This document shows, one piece after another, positions 36,310-47,482 of a stretch of 64,000 nucleotides of DNA. The first letter of the stretch is position 1. Each line of letters opens with the position of its first letter. Both the position numbers and the translations under genes were made by a program. The DNA comes from Thermodesulfovibrionales bacterium (GTDB taxonomy: Bacteria > Nitrospirota > Thermodesulfovibrionia > Thermodesulfovibrionales > UBA1546): assembly GCA_049302185.1 (NCBI GenBank), contig JBAQLV010000013.1:166084-230083 (forward strand), in the 5' to 3' direction. Under the pieces are notes generated by a model, which was not told the DNA's origin, did no database searches, and saw only the letters and a program-made list of their open reading frames with translations.

Positions 36310-37467
36310 TTACGGTTTCCAGTATTCCTCAAATTTCCCGTTTTTTGTGAACCAGACAACATAAGGCTCAACTGTTACATCGCCCTTTTCATCGAATTTT
36401 ATCTTGCCGACTGCGCCGTTAAATTCCATTGAGTGAAGTTTCTCTATAATAGCCTTGCCGTCTTTTGTTCCTGTTTCTTTTATCGCTGTAAGCATTACAT
36501 TTGCCGCATCGTATGCATATATTGAATAGGGCCCTATCTCGCCGAATTTTTTCTCATACGCATCAATAAACACCTTTGCAGTTGGGATCTTCCTTGCGTC
36601 CGGGCTGAATGTGAGATATGTGCCCTCTGCCGCATTTGCACCTGCAATCTCTATGAACTTTGGGTCTATTGTGCCGTCACCGCTCATTAGCGGAACATTA
36701 ATTCCGAGTTCTTTTGCCTGTCTTACAAGAAGCCCTGCCTCCGGATAAATGCCTCCGAAATATATGAGTTCAGGCTTTTTATCTTTCATTGCTGTGAGGA
36801 CTGTTTTGAAGTCCTTATCCCCCTGTATGATTCCTCCGTAATAGACAACCTCAACCTTGCCTGTTATGAATTTCTTGAACTCATCGGCAAGCCCCTGACC
36901 ATAAGTTGTTTTGTCATGAATTATCGCAATTTTTTTAAGTTTGAGTTTGTTTATCACAAATTCAGCTCCGACCTTTCCCTGCTGGTCATCCCTTCCGCAT
37001 ACCCTGAAGACGCCTTTGTATCCTTTTTCTGTGAGCTGAGGATTTGTAGAGCCGGGGGATATCATTGGAATTCCTGCACGGTTATATACATCTGAGGCAG
37101 GGATTGAACAGCTTGAATTAAAATGGCCTATTATTCCAACTGCGCCTGCATTCACAATCTTGTTTGCAATAGAAACTGCCTGCTTGGGCTCATGCTGATC
37201 ATCCTCAATCATTATCGCAATCTTCTTGCCGAGTACTCCGCCTTTTGCATTCCATTCCTCAACTGCAAGCGTGACGCCGTTTTTAAAATCAGTTCCCATC
37301 TTTGCCTGATCACCTGTCATTGGTCCTGCAACGCCAATCTTTATAACGTCCTCTTTTTTATGGCAGCCAGAAAATATCAGGGTTGAGACTATAAGTGCGA
37401 GTAATAGCACAGATAATTTCTTCATGGGTTTCTCCTTATCATTCGGAATTTTGAAATTTAATGCCAA
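36310..37467 (-). CDS. ABC transporter substrate-binding lipoprotein, branched-chain amino acid (LivK/LivJ) family
   Basis: Signal peptide plus lipobox (FSGCHK) and a type-I periplasmic binding fold resembling the Leu/Ile/Val-binding family. Confidence 0.75.
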   Translation of the reverse strand: MALNFKIPNDKEKPMKKLSVLLLALIVSTLIFSGCHKKEDVIKIGVAGPMTGDQAKMGTDFKNGVTLAVEEWNAKGGVLGKKIAIMIEDDQHEPKQAVSIANKIVNAGAVGIIGHFNSSCSIPASDVYNRAGIPMISPGSTNPQLTEKGYKGVFRVCGRDDQQGKVGAEFVINKLKLKKIAIIHDKTTYGQGLADEFKKFITGKVEVVYYGGIIQGDKDFKTVLTAMKDKKPELIYFGGIYPEAGLLVRQAKELGINVPLMSGDGTIDPKFIEIAGANAAEGTYLTFSPDARKIPTAKVFIDAYEKKFGEIGPYSIYAYDAANVMLTAIKETGTKDGKAIIEKLHSMEFNGAVGKIKFDEKGDVTVEPYVVWFTKNGKFEEYWKP

Positions 37468-37472
37468 TTATA

Positions 37473-38099
37473 TTAAACAATCTGATTTTCGCTGTAAAGA
37501 GCTTTTAAGAAGCGAATTACGTTATCAGCTATATCGCCTTGAATGATTCCAGATGAAACAGCAGCCGCATCTGCGCCTGAATCAAGCACGGACTTGAGAT
37601 TTTCAGTATTTATGCCCCCGATTGCAACGACAGGTATTTTTACGTGTTTCTTAATCTCTTTAAGCATTGCAATGCCTTTTGGAGCCCCTGCGTTTTTTGT
37701 CTTTGTATGGAATACAGGGCCGAATCCGATATAATCGGCCCCTCCTTTTTCGGCTTCAATTGCCTGCTTCAAATTGTGAGTTGATATCCCTATAATCTTT
37801 TCTTCCCCGACAATCTTTCTTGCTTCTTTTATTGGCAGGTCTGACTGCCCGAGATGAACGCCATCTGCATTTACTGCAAGGGCAATGTCTGTGTAATCGT
37901 TTACTATTAATACAGCGCCGAATTCATTTGTCAGTTTTCTTAATATCAATGCCTCTCTGCAGATGTCTCTGCGTGATTTGTCTTTTTCCCTGTACTGGAT
38001 ACAGCTAACACCGGCTCTTAGGACAAAAGTAACAATTTCCTTAGAGGTAAGGCTGCATCTCTTGCTATTGGTGATAAAACAAAGTCCGTTCAGATACAT
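37473..38099 (-). CDS. thiE: Thiamine-phosphate synthase ThiE
   Basis: TMP-TENI family motifs (GADYIGFGPVFHTKTK, VVAIGGI). Confidence 0.85.
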   Translation of the reverse strand: MYLNGLCFITNSKRCSLTSKEIVTFVLRAGVSCIQYREKDKSRRDICREALILRKLTNEFGAVLIVNDYTDIALAVNADGVHLGQSDLPIKEARKIVGEEKIIGISTHNLKQAIEAEKGGADYIGFGPVFHTKTKNAGAPKGIAMLKEIKKHVKIPVVAIGGINTENLKSVLDSGADAAAVSSGIIQGDIADNVIRFLKALYSENQIV

Positions 38100-38109
38100 T
38101 GTTTTGACT

Positions 38110-38421
38110 TCAAATACTCTCTATTCTGTTGCGTCCCTTCCGCTTTGCCTCGTAAAGGGCGCGGTCAGCTGCCTGAATCAGTTTCTCTTCAGTGTCTATA
38201 CTTAAGGGAGGATGAGATATGCTCGTAATGCCGATGCTTATGGTAATCCGTTCGCCAGGAATGTCAGGGAAGTTATGTTCTGAGATTGTTTTGAGTATTC
38301 TTGATGCAGCTTGCAGGGCTTCTTCTTTTTTTGTCTGGGGTAGAATTATAATAAATTCTTCACCGCCCCATCTTGCAATAGTATCTATTTCCCTTCCCAT
38401 AATTAGCTGGTAGTGTAACAT
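38110..38421 (-). pseudogene. C-terminal fragment of a GGDEF (diguanylate cyclase) domain; N-terminal half absent
   Basis: 103 aa containing RWGGEEF (the GGEEF active-site motif) and the distal GGDEF helices, but a stop codon lies immediately upstream of the first Met. There is no room for the roughly 70 residues that normally precede the GGEEF motif. Confidence 0.5.
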
Positions 38422-38602
38422 TTTTATCTGAAAAAATTGATACCTACTAAATGTGTACCTTGATTTTTAATTACTCCAGCATTGTCCCTTCGCAACTATC
38501 TTTTATCACAGTGATTCGATTATAATAAAACCCTGCGTTGTATTGCCGGAGACCATTTCCCCTGCAGCAACCAAAGAATATCAAATGGAGAATTAAACGG
38601 AT

Positions 38603-40411
38603 ATGAAACGTGAGGATATCAGGAATATAGCGATTATCGCCCATGTTGACCACGGGAAGACCACCCTTCTTGACGGGATGCTTAAGCAGTCTGGAATCTT
38701 TCGCACCCCTGAAAAAATGCAGGAGCGTATCATGGACTCTATAGACCTTGAGCGCGAACGCGGAATCACAATCATGGCAAAGAATACTGCGGTTGAGTAT
38801 AACGGCGTGAAGATAAACATTGTCGATACTCCCGGCCATGCTGATTTCGGCGGAGAGGTTGAGCGGACACTAAAGATGGTTGACGGCGTGCTGCTCCTTG
38901 TCGATGCATCCGAGGGGCCTCTTCCACAGACGCGTTTTGTTCTTAAAAAAGCGCTTGAACTCGGACTTCCGCCGATCCTTGTAATCAACAAGATAGACAG
39001 GACAGATGCCAGGATTCAGGAGGTAATGAACGAGGTCTATGATCTCTTCATCGATCTTGATGCAACTGAAGAACAGCTTGAATTTCCGGTGCTATATACA
39101 AATGCCAAAAAAGGTATTGCAAAAATAGACCTGTCTGATGAGACGGCAGACCTTCAGCCTCTCTTCGAAACAATATTAAAGACAATTCCGGCGCCAGAGG
39201 ACAATGGGAACGATATCCTGCAGCTTCTTGTTACTAACATTAACTACGACGATTATGTAGGCAGGCTCGCAATCGGCAGAATATTCTCAGGTACAGTGAA
39301 AGTAGGCGACACAGTTGCCATGGTGAAGGGAGACGATGAGACAACAAAAACAAAAGTCACGTCCCTCTACACATTTCGGGGACTCGAACGGATTGTTGCA
39401 AAAGAAGCCCGTGCAGGAGACATCGTAGCGCTTTCGGGTATAGAGGGAATAACCATTGGCGATACGATCACAAGCGCCGAAACACCAATGCCGCTGCCTC
39501 GTATTACTGTTGATGAGCCTACTATCTCCATAGTCTTTCAGGTCAATACCTCTCCTTTCGCAGGAAAGGAAGGTGATTATGTTACATCAAGGAATCTTCG
39601 TGAGCGGCTCGAAAAAGAGCTTCTATACAACGTTGCCATAAGAGTTGATTTCTCAGGAACCGATTCCTTTACGGTCATGGGAAGGGGAGAACTCCAACTC
39701 GCTATCATTATCGAGATGATGAGAAGAGAGGGATATGAACTCGCAGTCTCTATGCCTGAGACAATCACAAAAACGATTAAGGGGGTTGTCCATGAGCCGA
39801 TGGAGATCCTTGTCATAGACGTGCCTGAAGAATATGTCGGGGTAGTGACACAGCAGGTTGGCATGAGACGTGGAAAGATGCAGAAGATGATGAATAACGG
39901 CTACGGCAGGGTGAGGCTTGAGTTCAGGATACCGTCACGCGGGCTCATAGGCTTTAGATCCCAGTTCCTCACAGACACAAGGGGGACAGGGCTGCTAAAT
40001 CACCTTTTCGACGGCTACGAGCCGTGGCAGGGTATGATCACAAAGAGACAGACAGGCGCTCTCGTCTCAGACAGAGCAGGGAAATCTACAATCTACGCCC
40101 TCTTTCATCTCCAGCCCCGCGGGGCCCTGCTTATAAAGGAAAACACCTCTGTTTATGAAGGCATGATAATCGGCGAAAACTCGCGTGATAATGACCTTGA
40201 CGTAAATGTTATCAAAGAAAAGAAACTCACCAATATCAGGGCGGCAAATGCTGATGAGGCGCTGCAGCTCATTCCGCCGCATATCATGAGTCTGGAGCAG
40301 GCGATTGAGTTCATTAAAGAGGATGAACTTGTCGAGGTTACGCCCCAGTCCATACGCTTGCGCAAAAAGGTTCTCGAAGCGAATAAAAGACCGAAAATAA
40401 GGAAAGAATAA
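38603..40411 (+). CDS. typA: Translational GTPase TypA/BipA
   Basis: G1 [10 protein letters not shown]3 DTPGHADF, G4 NKID, and the BipA-specific C-terminal domain; 602 aa. Confidence 0.95.
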   Translation: MKREDIRNIAIIAHVDHGKTTLLDGMLKQSGIFRTPEKMQERIMDSIDLERERGITIMAKNTAVEYNGVKINIVDTPGHADFGGEVERTLKMVDGVLLLVDASEGPLPQTRFVLKKALELGLPPILVINKIDRTDARIQEVMNEVYDLFIDLDATEEQLEFPVLYTNAKKGIAKIDLSDETADLQPLFETILKTIPAPEDNGNDILQLLVTNINYDDYVGRLAIGRIFSGTVKVGDTVAMVKGDDETTKTKVTSLYTFRGLERIVAKEARAGDIVALSGIEGITIGDTITSAETPMPLPRITVDEPTISIVFQVNTSPFAGKEGDYVTSRNLRERLEKELLYNVAIRVDFSGTDSFTVMGRGELQLAIIIEMMRREGYELAVSMPETITKTIKGVVHEPMEILVIDVPEEYVGVVTQQVGMRRGKMQKMMNNGYGRVRLEFRIPSRGLIGFRSQFLTDTRGTGLLNHLFDGYEPWQGMITKRQTGALVSDRAGKSTIYALFHLQPRGALLIKENTSVYEGMIIGENSRDNDLDVNVIKEKKLTNIRAANADEALQLIPPHIMSLEQAIEFIKEDELVEVTPQSIRLRKKVLEANKRPKIRKE

Positions 40412-40423
40412 AGCGCCCGGTGA

Positions 40424-41590
40424 ATGAACACTAACGTAATTATACTCGGCGCAGGGGCAGCGGGACTGATGTGCGCTATTGAGTCAGGAAAGCGCGGCAG
40501 GACGGTTATCATTCTTGACCATGCCTCAAAGATTGGACAAAAGATTCTTGTTTCCGGAGGAGGCAGATGTAATTTTACGAATCTGCACATTCAGGCGGAG
40601 AACTACCTCTCTGCAAACCCCTATTTCTGCAAATCCGCCCTTGCACGGTTTACTCCGCAGGATTTTATTGCCATGGTAAAAAAACACCGCATCAGCTATC
40701 AAGAAAAAGAAAATGGATGCATCTTCTGCAACGGCAGTGCATGGCAGATTGTGGACATGCTCCAAAAGGAATGCAGTTCTGTTGGTGTTGAAATGCGTTT
40801 GAACTACAAAATTGAAGAGATTATAAAAAAGAACAGGTTCATCGTAAGAACGAATTCAGCAGTGATAGAATCAGAATCCCTTGTTGTAGCAACAGGAGGA
40901 CTTTCATATCCGAATCTTGGGGCAACGACTTTTGGCCATCGCATTGCCGCACAGTTCGGGCTTCGCATCGTCCCGCCGAAACCGGCGCTCGTCCCGCTCA
41001 CATTCTCACGCAGCGATCGCGAAAAATTTGGTGAGCTAAGCGGGATATCGCTTGAGGCTGTGATAAAGTGTGGAGGGCATGAATTCAAAGGAGAAATTCT
41101 TTTTACGCATCGTGGGTTAAGCGGCCCTGCCATTCTTCAGGCATCTTCATACTGGGAGCATGGCGAAGAAATCCTTGTCAATCTTCTGCCTGATATTGAA
41201 GCCCATAGCATTTTTTTCTCCAATCGCCAGAGCAGAATTGAGATGAAAAACCTGCTCAGCCGTTATCTACCCAGAAGATTCGCGCACATATGGTGTGAAT
41301 TCTATCTTCCCTCAAAACCGCTCTGTCAATATAATGATAAGGAACTGCTTGATGCTTCCCGTCTTCTCCATGAGTGGATTATAAAACCCGCCGGGACAGA
41401 AGGGTACCGGACAGCTGAGGTCACAGCTGGAGGGGTTGACACAGACGAACTGTCGTCCAAAACCATGGAGGCAAAGAAAGTCACCGGTCTCTATTTTATC
41501 GGTGAGGTCATAGACGTCACAGGAGATCTTGGCGGATATAATCTTCACTGGGCGTGGGCGTCAGGCTGGACAGCAGGGCAGTATGCATAA
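40424..41590 (+). CDS. HI0933-family NAD(P)/FAD-binding flavoprotein (YhiN/BaiN-like)
   Basis: N-terminal dinucleotide-binding motif VIILGAGAAGLMCA and HI0933-like sequence throughout. Confidence 0.8.
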   Translation: MNTNVIILGAGAAGLMCAIESGKRGRTVIILDHASKIGQKILVSGGGRCNFTNLHIQAENYLSANPYFCKSALARFTPQDFIAMVKKHRISYQEKENGCIFCNGSAWQIVDMLQKECSSVGVEMRLNYKIEEIIKKNRFIVRTNSAVIESESLVVATGGLSYPNLGATTFGHRIAAQFGLRIVPPKPALVPLTFSRSDREKFGELSGISLEAVIKCGGHEFKGEILFTHRGLSGPAILQASSYWEHGEEILVNLLPDIEAHSIFFSNRQSRIEMKNLLSRYLPRRFAHIWCEFYLPSKPLCQYNDKELLDASRLLHEWIIKPAGTEGYRTAEVTAGGVDTDELSSKTMEAKKVTGLYFIGEVIDVTGDLGGYNLHWAWASGWTAGQYA

Positions 41591-41603
41591 TGACGGGAGA
41601 TTC

Positions 41604-42197
41604 ATGAAAAAAATCGTTCTTGCCTCAGCCTCGCCAAGAAGAAAAGAGATTCTTGCGCTCACAGGTCTGCGGTTCAGCGTTGAACCGTCTGACTATGAGG
41701 AAACTCTTGATAATGCAATCAAGCCCCATAATCTTGCAAAACGCCTTTCATTGAAAAAGGCGAGGGCTGTTGCAGGAAAATACCGTGATGCGCTGATAAT
41801 AGCTGCAGATACATTTATAGTTTTCAAAGGAAAACTTTCAGGGAAGCCTCATACATCTAAAGAGGCTCGAAAAATGCTTACCATGCTCAACGGCAAATCC
41901 CACTCGGTCATCACCGGCTACACGGTTTTGGACACAAGGACAGGGAAGAAGATCACCCGCTCAGTGGAGACAAAGGTATGGCTTAAAAAAATGACCGCTC
42001 ACGAGATTGATGCGTATGTTGCAACAAAGGAGCCGCTTGACAAGGCTGGCGCCTATGCGATACAAGGACGTGGAGCTGTGATTGTGAAAAAGATAGAGGG
42101 AGATTATCTGAATGTAGTCGGGCTTCCGTTGTTTGATCTCGCCGATAGCCTGAAGAAATTCGGGATTAACTTATTGTCAGGCTGGCGTTCAAATTAA
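41604..42197 (+). CDS. maf: Maf-like nucleoside triphosphate pyrophosphatase / septum formation protein
   Basis: Maf family N-terminus LASASPRRKEIL and conserved catalytic Asp/Lys context; the start was moved to the ATG at 41604 (RBS GGGAG). Confidence 0.85.
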   Translation: MKKIVLASASPRRKEILALTGLRFSVEPSDYEETLDNAIKPHNLAKRLSLKKARAVAGKYRDALIIAADTFIVFKGKLSGKPHTSKEARKMLTMLNGKSHSVITGYTVLDTRTGKKITRSVETKVWLKKMTAHEIDAYVATKEPLDKAGAYAIQGRGAVIVKKIEGDYLNVVGLPLFDLADSLKKFGINLLSGWRSN

Positions 42198-42213
42198 ACC
42201 AACACTTTTTGTC

Positions 42214-42603
42214 CTAACGGGAAGTTTTGTTGTACTTTATGGAAATCTTGTAGCCTATCCTAGCGTGGCCTGGGAAATCTTTTCCAGCGCAGACGAGTTC
42301 CCCCTTGCCTGATTTAAGGCGGTCTTTCATCATTTTAGCAATAACAGACTCCAAGTTAAAGCCTCCGTCTATGCAATCACGTTTCATGCATTCCATCTTA
42401 AAATATGTATTGCTGTTAGGAAAGAAATTGACTGTACGCTGCATAATCACCTGGCCGCTGCTTCCACTATAGTAGTTCATGGCGACAATGACAGATGCAA
42501 CGTTCGGATAGCGTTCAGACATCAGGCCTGAATCAGCTTTCTGCTGCTTTATTTGCAGACGTTCAAAATTCTTTAGCTTACTGTTCATATGATTCCCCCT
42601 CAA
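42214..42603 (-). CDS. Hypothetical protein downstream of cspA (possible start at the internal Met, MNSKLKNF…)
   Basis: ORF of 129 aa co-directional with cspA and 44 nt downstream of its stop; no recognisable motif. Confidence 0.35.
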   Translation of the reverse strand: MRGNHMNSKLKNFERLQIKQQKADSGLMSERYPNVASVIVAMNYYSGSSGQVIMQRTVNFFPNSNTYFKMECMKRDCIDGGFNLESVIAKMMKDRLKSGKGELVCAGKDFPGHARIGYKISIKYNKTSR

Positions 42604-42647
42604 AAAGCAGAGCCCCCTGCTTAGCGCAGAGGGATCTCTTCAGTTCC

Positions 42648-42848
42648 TTATTGTTTTACAACGTTGATTGCCTTGGGACCCTTAGGGCCTTTTTCAGTAT
42701 CAAAGCTGACTCTGTCACCCTCGACAAGGGATTTGAATCCATTGCTCTGGATAGAAGAATAGTGAACAAATACATCACTGCCGTCTTCGCTTGTGATAAA
42801 GCCAAAACCTTTGGACTCATTGAACCACTTTACTGTTCCTTCTGTCAT
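42648..42848 (-). CDS. cspA: Cold shock protein (CspA family)
   Basis: 66 aa; RNP1 KGFGFI and RNP2 VFVHY motifs; the start was moved to [10 protein letters not shown]. Confidence 0.9.
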   Translation of the reverse strand: MTEGTVKWFNESKGFGFITSEDGSDVFVHYSSIQSNGFKSLVEGDRVSFDTEKGPKGPKAINVVKQ

Positions 42849-43073
42849 TTTGCGTACCTCCTTACTTGTGAATTGAACTTTCAGAAGGGCACAAATAAAA
42901 AAAGGCCGCAAAGCTAAAAGTCTTTGCGGCCTTTAATGGTCTAAAAACTTCTGAAACTCTGCAATAATGATAACACGTCTGCGGATAATTAGCAATAAAA
43001 TAATTTCTATCTGTCAAGCCAAAATAGAAATGTCCTGTTGTTACCAAACAATTCCTTTAATGTCCATTATGAC

Positions 43074-43650
43074 CTATTCCTGCTTTTTGCTTCTTGAAAG
43101 CAACTTTATGTCTTCTAATATCTCCTCTATGCTCTGATACCTGTCTTCTTTCACCTTTTTTATGCATTTAATAATCATCTCATCGAGCCAATCGGGAAGT
43201 TCAGGATTAATGTCGGTAACCCTCTGATAGCCCAACCCATCGAGACTCCCTGTGAGCGTCTCATAAAGAATTATCCCAAGCGAATAAACATCAGCGCTGG
43301 GTTGAAGTTCTATCCCCTTCAATTTTTCTGGAGACGTATATGCCGAGATGGAATACTCTGAAGTAAAGACATATTGTTGTTGCTGTCGATTATGATATTT
43401 TCAGGTGAAATGAGACCTAATTCTTTGCCTGCCTTGTATGCGTTCTGGAGTGTTTTTAGTATCTGCAGCCAAAGTTTCAAACAGTGCTTTGGCTCGATTT
43501 TGCTCCCTTTTATTATACCCCTGAGTGTTGTTTTTCCTTCAAGTGATATATTATCTCCTTGGAAAGAGGTAAGAGTATGAAGACGCTCTCTCAGTGTCCT
43601 TCAATCTATTCTCGAAAATAACTGCAGCAGAAACATACCTGCCCTCTTTT
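43074..43650 (-). pseudogene. Decayed Ser/Thr protein kinase gene: C-lobe in two frames, no N-lobe, degenerate catalytic loop
   Basis: One frame gives the kinase αE/catalytic-loop region (…HCLKLWLQILKTLQNAYKAGKELGLISPENIIIDSNNN) with HRD replaced by LIS. A frameshift leads into a second frame giving the activation-loop/C-lobe (ISAYTSPEKLKGIELQPSADVYSLGIILYETLTG…). A stop precedes the first frame and no Gly-rich loop or VAIK region is present. Confidence 0.5.
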
Positions 43651-43685
43651 TTTTAGCGCCTCTGCTGCCTTCCTGTAATCCTCTA

Positions 43686-43943
43686 TTAATGTAATGTGGT
43701 CTGAAGTTTTTTCCCTATAGTGTTCCTGTAAATAATCCTCACGATAAAGAATAGAACAACAACTGCCAGTATGATAATGATAATGAAAACCAAATGAAAT
43801 ATGCTCTTTATCTGTTCTATAACAGGATTGGCGCTGGAAGCATTCGCTTCTGCAGCGGCTATACTGCGGAAGGAAAGAAGGTTTGTGGCCAGAAATGCCG
43901 TGATAACATTTTTTGCTTTGTCCTGTATGTCAGAAATACGCAT
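43686..43943 (-). CDS. Small hypothetical membrane protein (one TM helix)
   Basis: 85 aa ORF with a strongly hydrophobic segment FHLVFIIIIILAVVVLFFIV; no similarity recognised. Confidence 0.3.
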   Translation of the reverse strand: MRISDIQDKAKNVITAFLATNLLSFRSIAAAEANASSANPVIEQIKSIFHLVFIIIIILAVVVLFFIVRIIYRNTIGKKLQTTLH

Positions 43944-44005
43944 TTTATTTAAAACTCTTATATTTTAACTGTGTTTAATAAGAGAATCGGGTTCAATTTT
44001 TCCTT

Positions 44006-44806
44006 TCACTTAAAACTCTGATCTTCAGACGGGAATGCGCCTTTTTCTATATCTTCTTTGTAATCCTTTATTGCTTTCAGCGCCTCTTCTTTGAGATTAG
44101 CGTATCTCTTTACGAATTTTGGAACGAATCTTTCGAATAACCCGATGACATCATGAAGGACAAGAACCTGTCCGTCACAGAACGGGCCTGCGCCTATGCC
44201 TATCGTAGGGATGGAAAGCTCTTCTGTTATTTTTTTTGCAAGGTTCATCGGAATCGCTTCAAGCAAGAGTGCAAATGCGCCTGCATCCTCTGCTATGTGC
44301 GCCTCTTCAATCAGTTTTTTCTGCGCTTCCTCTGTTTTTCCCTGAACCTTATATCCTCCCATCCTGTGTATTGACTGAGGAGTAAGGCCTATATGCGCCA
44401 TAACAGGTATGTCTGATTTTGTCATTGCCCTGATGTGTTCTGCCACTTCAGCTCCGCCTTCAATCTTTATTGCCGATGCGCCTGCCTCCTTCAGAAACCT
44501 TCCTGCATTCCTTACAGCATCTTCTACGCTTGCCTGATAGGACATGAACGGCATATCTCCTATGACCATTGCATTCTTTACTGCCCTTGATACCATCTTT
44601 GTGTGATATATCATCTCATCCATCGTGACAGGAAGCGTGTTCTCAAGCCCCTGAACCACCATTCCGAGAGAGTCTCCAACAAGTATTGCATCAATGCCTG
44701 CCTCATCAACTATCTGTGCGAACGGGTAGTCGTATGCTGTAAGCATTGTGATTTTTTTCTTTTCCGTCTTTTTCTTTAAAAAGTCCTGAATGGTTATTTT
44801 AGGCAT
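44006..44806 (-). CDS. panB: 3-methyl-2-oxobutanoate hydroxymethyltransferase PanB
   Basis: KPHM family motifs ([25 protein letters not shown]). Confidence 0.95.
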   Translation of the reverse strand: MPKITIQDFLKKKTEKKKITMLTAYDYPFAQIVDEAGIDAILVGDSLGMVVQGLENTLPVTMDEMIYHTKMVSRAVKNAMVIGDMPFMSYQASVEDAVRNAGRFLKEAGASAIKIEGGAEVAEHIRAMTKSDIPVMAHIGLTPQSIHRMGGYKVQGKTEEAQKKLIEEAHIAEDAGAFALLLEAIPMNLAKKITEELSIPTIGIGAGPFCDGQVLVLHDVIGLFERFVPKFVKRYANLKEEALKAIKDYKEDIEKGAFPSEDQSFK

Positions 44807-44898
44807 ATATTTACTCCTCTCTGATTGGTCTGAGCATCACAGGCAGGACATGGTATTTGAGCGGTTTTATTTTGCCGATATTCCTGAAACTTAAACAA

Positions 44899-44970
44899 GA
44901 AAAATAATGAGGCAAAATTCCTCGGAGGGCGTTAGCCCGAGAATGAGCGAAGATGCCATGTCCTGTCTTG
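44899..44970 (-). repeat. Copy B of the 3'-end element (inner hairpin GGGC-taac-GCCC, outer stem CTTCG/CGAGG, then AATTTTG), downstream of the lipoprotein gene
   Basis: Reverse complement aligns with 49982-50060 over about 70 nt, with covariation in the inner hairpin. Confidence 0.6.
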
Positions 44971-44984
44971 TGATTTCCCATAAT

Positions 44985-46013
44985 CTAAAAATCAAATGTA
45001 ACTGTCTCTGAAGGTTCGCTCTCTTTAAGCGGCCCGACAGCAGTTACCCTGTATGTGTGCTTAATCCCTGTTTTCTCTCTTAAAGTGAACGCAGGGGTCA
45101 CGGATTCTTTTACGAGGTTGAATCCGTCTTTTTCATTCACTTTATCGTAAATCCTGTATTTTGTCACCCACATCTCAGGATTTTCTTTCCATGAAATAAC
45201 GACTCTATCGTCTGCGACAACTGTTTGAAACCCTTCGGGCTTTGTCGGGATAAAGGTTGAAGGGTCAACCTTTATTTCCACTGATGCCTGTCCTTCACTC
45301 CGGAATTTCTTGCTCAAAAGACTGCGGATTGTATAATAAACAGGACTGCCTGTTTCCAGATTGTCGGAATATTTGAGCGCTGTCATCGGTTCTTTATTGA
45401 TTGGGTTGATACTGTATTTGCCTTTCTCGGCGCTTCTGTAAACATTATAAAGGATATTTTCACCTGCGCTATCCCATGAGATGTGCAGGGCATCATTGCC
45501 AACCTTGAATGAGATATTCTTCGGAGCAGGAGGAACAGCTTCAGGTTTTATTGCAATTATGTTTGAATCCTCGCTGAGGATGTTTTTCAGGCTTCCGGCA
45601 ATGAGTTTGTATTTATAAAGAGCGCCTGTCTTAAAATTAACATCTGTGTAGGAATTTTCCTCCTTGGGTACGGACGCTATTTTCTGAAAGCTGCTGTCTT
45701 CTGCCCTGAGAATATGAAATTCTTTCAGGTTTTCTTTTTTTGAAGTGTACGACCATGAGAGGAAAATTCTGTCTTCTCTGTGTATTGCCTTAACAGCCGC
45801 AGGCGCAGAGGGTTTTTCATATGCTTTGAGTGTAGGAGGTCCTTTTTTCCCGCAGGAGACAAGCATGAGGCAAGCAGCAAACAACAAAAAAGATGCACGA
45901 TACACGATGCATGATGCCTGATACCCCCCTTTAATTCCCCCCTTACTAAGGGGGGATAGGGGGGGGTTGTATCCTGCATCCTGTTTTAACTGCTGAGTGC
46001 TGACCGCTTTCAT
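44985..46013 (-). CDS. Hypothetical lipoprotein with fibronectin-III-like beta-sandwich repeats; the N-terminus is built from repeat elements
   Basis: Signal peptide plus lipobox (LMLVSCGKK). Upstream of that, the ORF reads through a nested palindrome ([15 protein letters not shown]) and a heptamer array, so the true start is probably internal. Confidence 0.5.
   Translation of the reverse strand: MKAVSTQQLKQDAGYNPPLSPLSKGGIKGGYQASCIVYRASFLLFAACLMLVSCGKKGPPTLKAYEKPSAPAAVKAIHREDRIFLSWSYTSKKENLKEFHILRAEDSSFQKIASVPKEENSYTDVNFKTGALYKYKLIAGSLKNILSEDSNIIAIKPEAVPPAPKNISFKVGNDALHISWDSAGENILYNVYRSAEKGKYSINPINKEPMTALKYSDNLETGSPVYYTIRSLLSKKFRSEGQASVEIKVDPSTFIPTKPEGFQTVVADDRVVISWKENPEMWVTKYRIYDKVNEKDGFNLVKESVTPAFTLREKTGIKHTYRVTAVGPLKESEPSETVTFDF
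45924..45968. repeat. Nested palindromic element copy 4 (CCCCCC-tttaatt-CCCCCC-TTACTAA-GGGGGG-atag-GGGGGGGG), within the 5' region of the lipoprotein ORF
   Basis: Encodes [15 protein letters not shown] on the minus strand, in the same relative frame as in murE. Confidence 0.8.
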
Positions 46014-47383
46014 TTTATCAGCCGTTTCAGCCTCTTAATCTGTTTTTTCACTTCCGATGGAGAGGTCCCGCCTCTTGAGTTCTTTGCATTCACAGAATCT
46101 TCAGCGCTGAGACGCGAGTAGATGTCTTTTGAAATAGTATTAGAAAAATTTCTAAACTCGTTTATGGAAATTTCTCCAAGCTGCTTTTTGTTCTTAATGC
46201 AGTAACGGACAATTTTTCCTGTTATCTCATGCGCCTGTCTGAATGGAACACCTTTTTTTACGAGATATTCGGCTATATCTGTTGCAGTGGAATATGCTTT
46301 GCCTGCAGCCTCACGCATCCTCTCACTCATAAATTTTATTTGGGGCATCATCTGTGCAAGGACTGTCAGGCATGATTTAACGGTGTCCACGGTGTCAAAG
46401 ACAGGTATCTTGTCTTCCTGCATATCCCTATTATATGCAAGGGGCAGTCCCTTCATCACTGTCATGAGCGCTATCATGTTTCCGTATATTCTTCCGCTTT
46501 TCCCTCTTATTAATTCGGCAACATCAGGGTTTTTCTTCTGAGGCATTATGCTTGAGCCTGTTGTGAACGCGTCAGGCAGTTCAATAAATGAAAACTCCTC
46601 TGTTGACCAAAGGATGAGTTCTTCTGCAAAGCGAGACAGGTGCATCATGAGTATGCCTGCATCTGTTAAAAACTCTATTGCGAAGTCCCTGTCCGAGACA
46701 GCGTCAATGCTGTTTTCAGCAATGGCTTTAAATCCAAGCAGCTTCGCGGCATAAGACCTGTCAACCGGCAGTGATGTGCCTGCCAGCGCGCATGAGCCGA
46801 GAGGAAGGACATTTATCCTCTTAAGAGAATCTTCAAAGCGTTCCCTGTCCCTCCGGAGCATCTCAACATAGGCAAGGAGATGATGCGATAGGAGAACAGG
46901 CTGCGCCCTCTGCAGATGCGTATAGCCAGGCATGATGATCCCGATGTTATTTTCCGCGGCATTGAGCAGTGTTTTTTGCAGGTTTTTAATGAGCGCAATT
47001 GTTTCTTTTGTCTCAGCCCTAAGATAGAGTCTCAGGTCAAGGGCAACCTGGTCATTTCTTGAACGAGCTGTATGGAGTTTTTTACCTGCGTCCCCAATAT
47101 TTTTTATAAGCGCCGCTTCAATGTTCATGTGAATATCTTCAAGTTCAACTGCAAATCTAAATCTGCCTGTTTCAATTTCTCCTGCGATATTCTTCAGTCC
47201 GTTGATTATTGCTGATGAGTCTTTCTGAGAGATGATCTTCTGCTTGCCGAGCATCTTTGCATGGGCAATGCTTCCCTCAATGTCGTATTTCCACAGCCTA
47301 CGGTCAAATGAGATTGATTCTGTGAAATACTCTACGGTCTTTGATGTTTTTTCAGTAAACCTTCCTGCCCACGGTTTTTTCAT
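46010..47383 (-). CDS. argH: Argininosuccinate lyase ArgH
   Basis: Fumarate lyase signature [12 protein letters not shown] and full-length similarity to ArgH; 457 aa. Confidence 0.95.
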   Translation of the reverse strand: MKKPWAGRFTEKTSKTVEYFTESISFDRRLWKYDIEGSIAHAKMLGKQKIISQKDSSAIINGLKNIAGEIETGRFRFAVELEDIHMNIEAALIKNIGDAGKKLHTARSRNDQVALDLRLYLRAETKETIALIKNLQKTLLNAAENNIGIIMPGYTHLQRAQPVLLSHHLLAYVEMLRRDRERFEDSLKRINVLPLGSCALAGTSLPVDRSYAAKLLGFKAIAENSIDAVSDRDFAIEFLTDAGILMMHLSRFAEELILWSTEEFSFIELPDAFTTGSSIMPQKKNPDVAELIRGKSGRIYGNMIALMTVMKGLPLAYNRDMQEDKIPVFDTVDTVKSCLTVLAQMMPQIKFMSERMREAAGKAYSTATDIAEYLVKKGVPFRQAHEITGKIVRYCIKNKKQLGEISINEFRNFSNTISKDIYSRLSAEDSVNAKNSRGGTSPSEVKKQIKRLKRLIK

Positions 47384-47482
47384 ACTGTGTAAGAATAAAA
47401 TTTTAATGATAATGTGTCAAGTGTTTTTGTTATAAGGCTACCCCTGCCCTGCCTTTGTAGAGTGCTGAGTTTTGCAGGGGTT

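Noticed and set aside
38471-38839. 122-aa minus-strand ORF
   Set aside because: Antisense overlap with the typA start region.
43374-43580. 68-aa plus-strand ORF
   Set aside because: Antisense to the decayed kinase gene.
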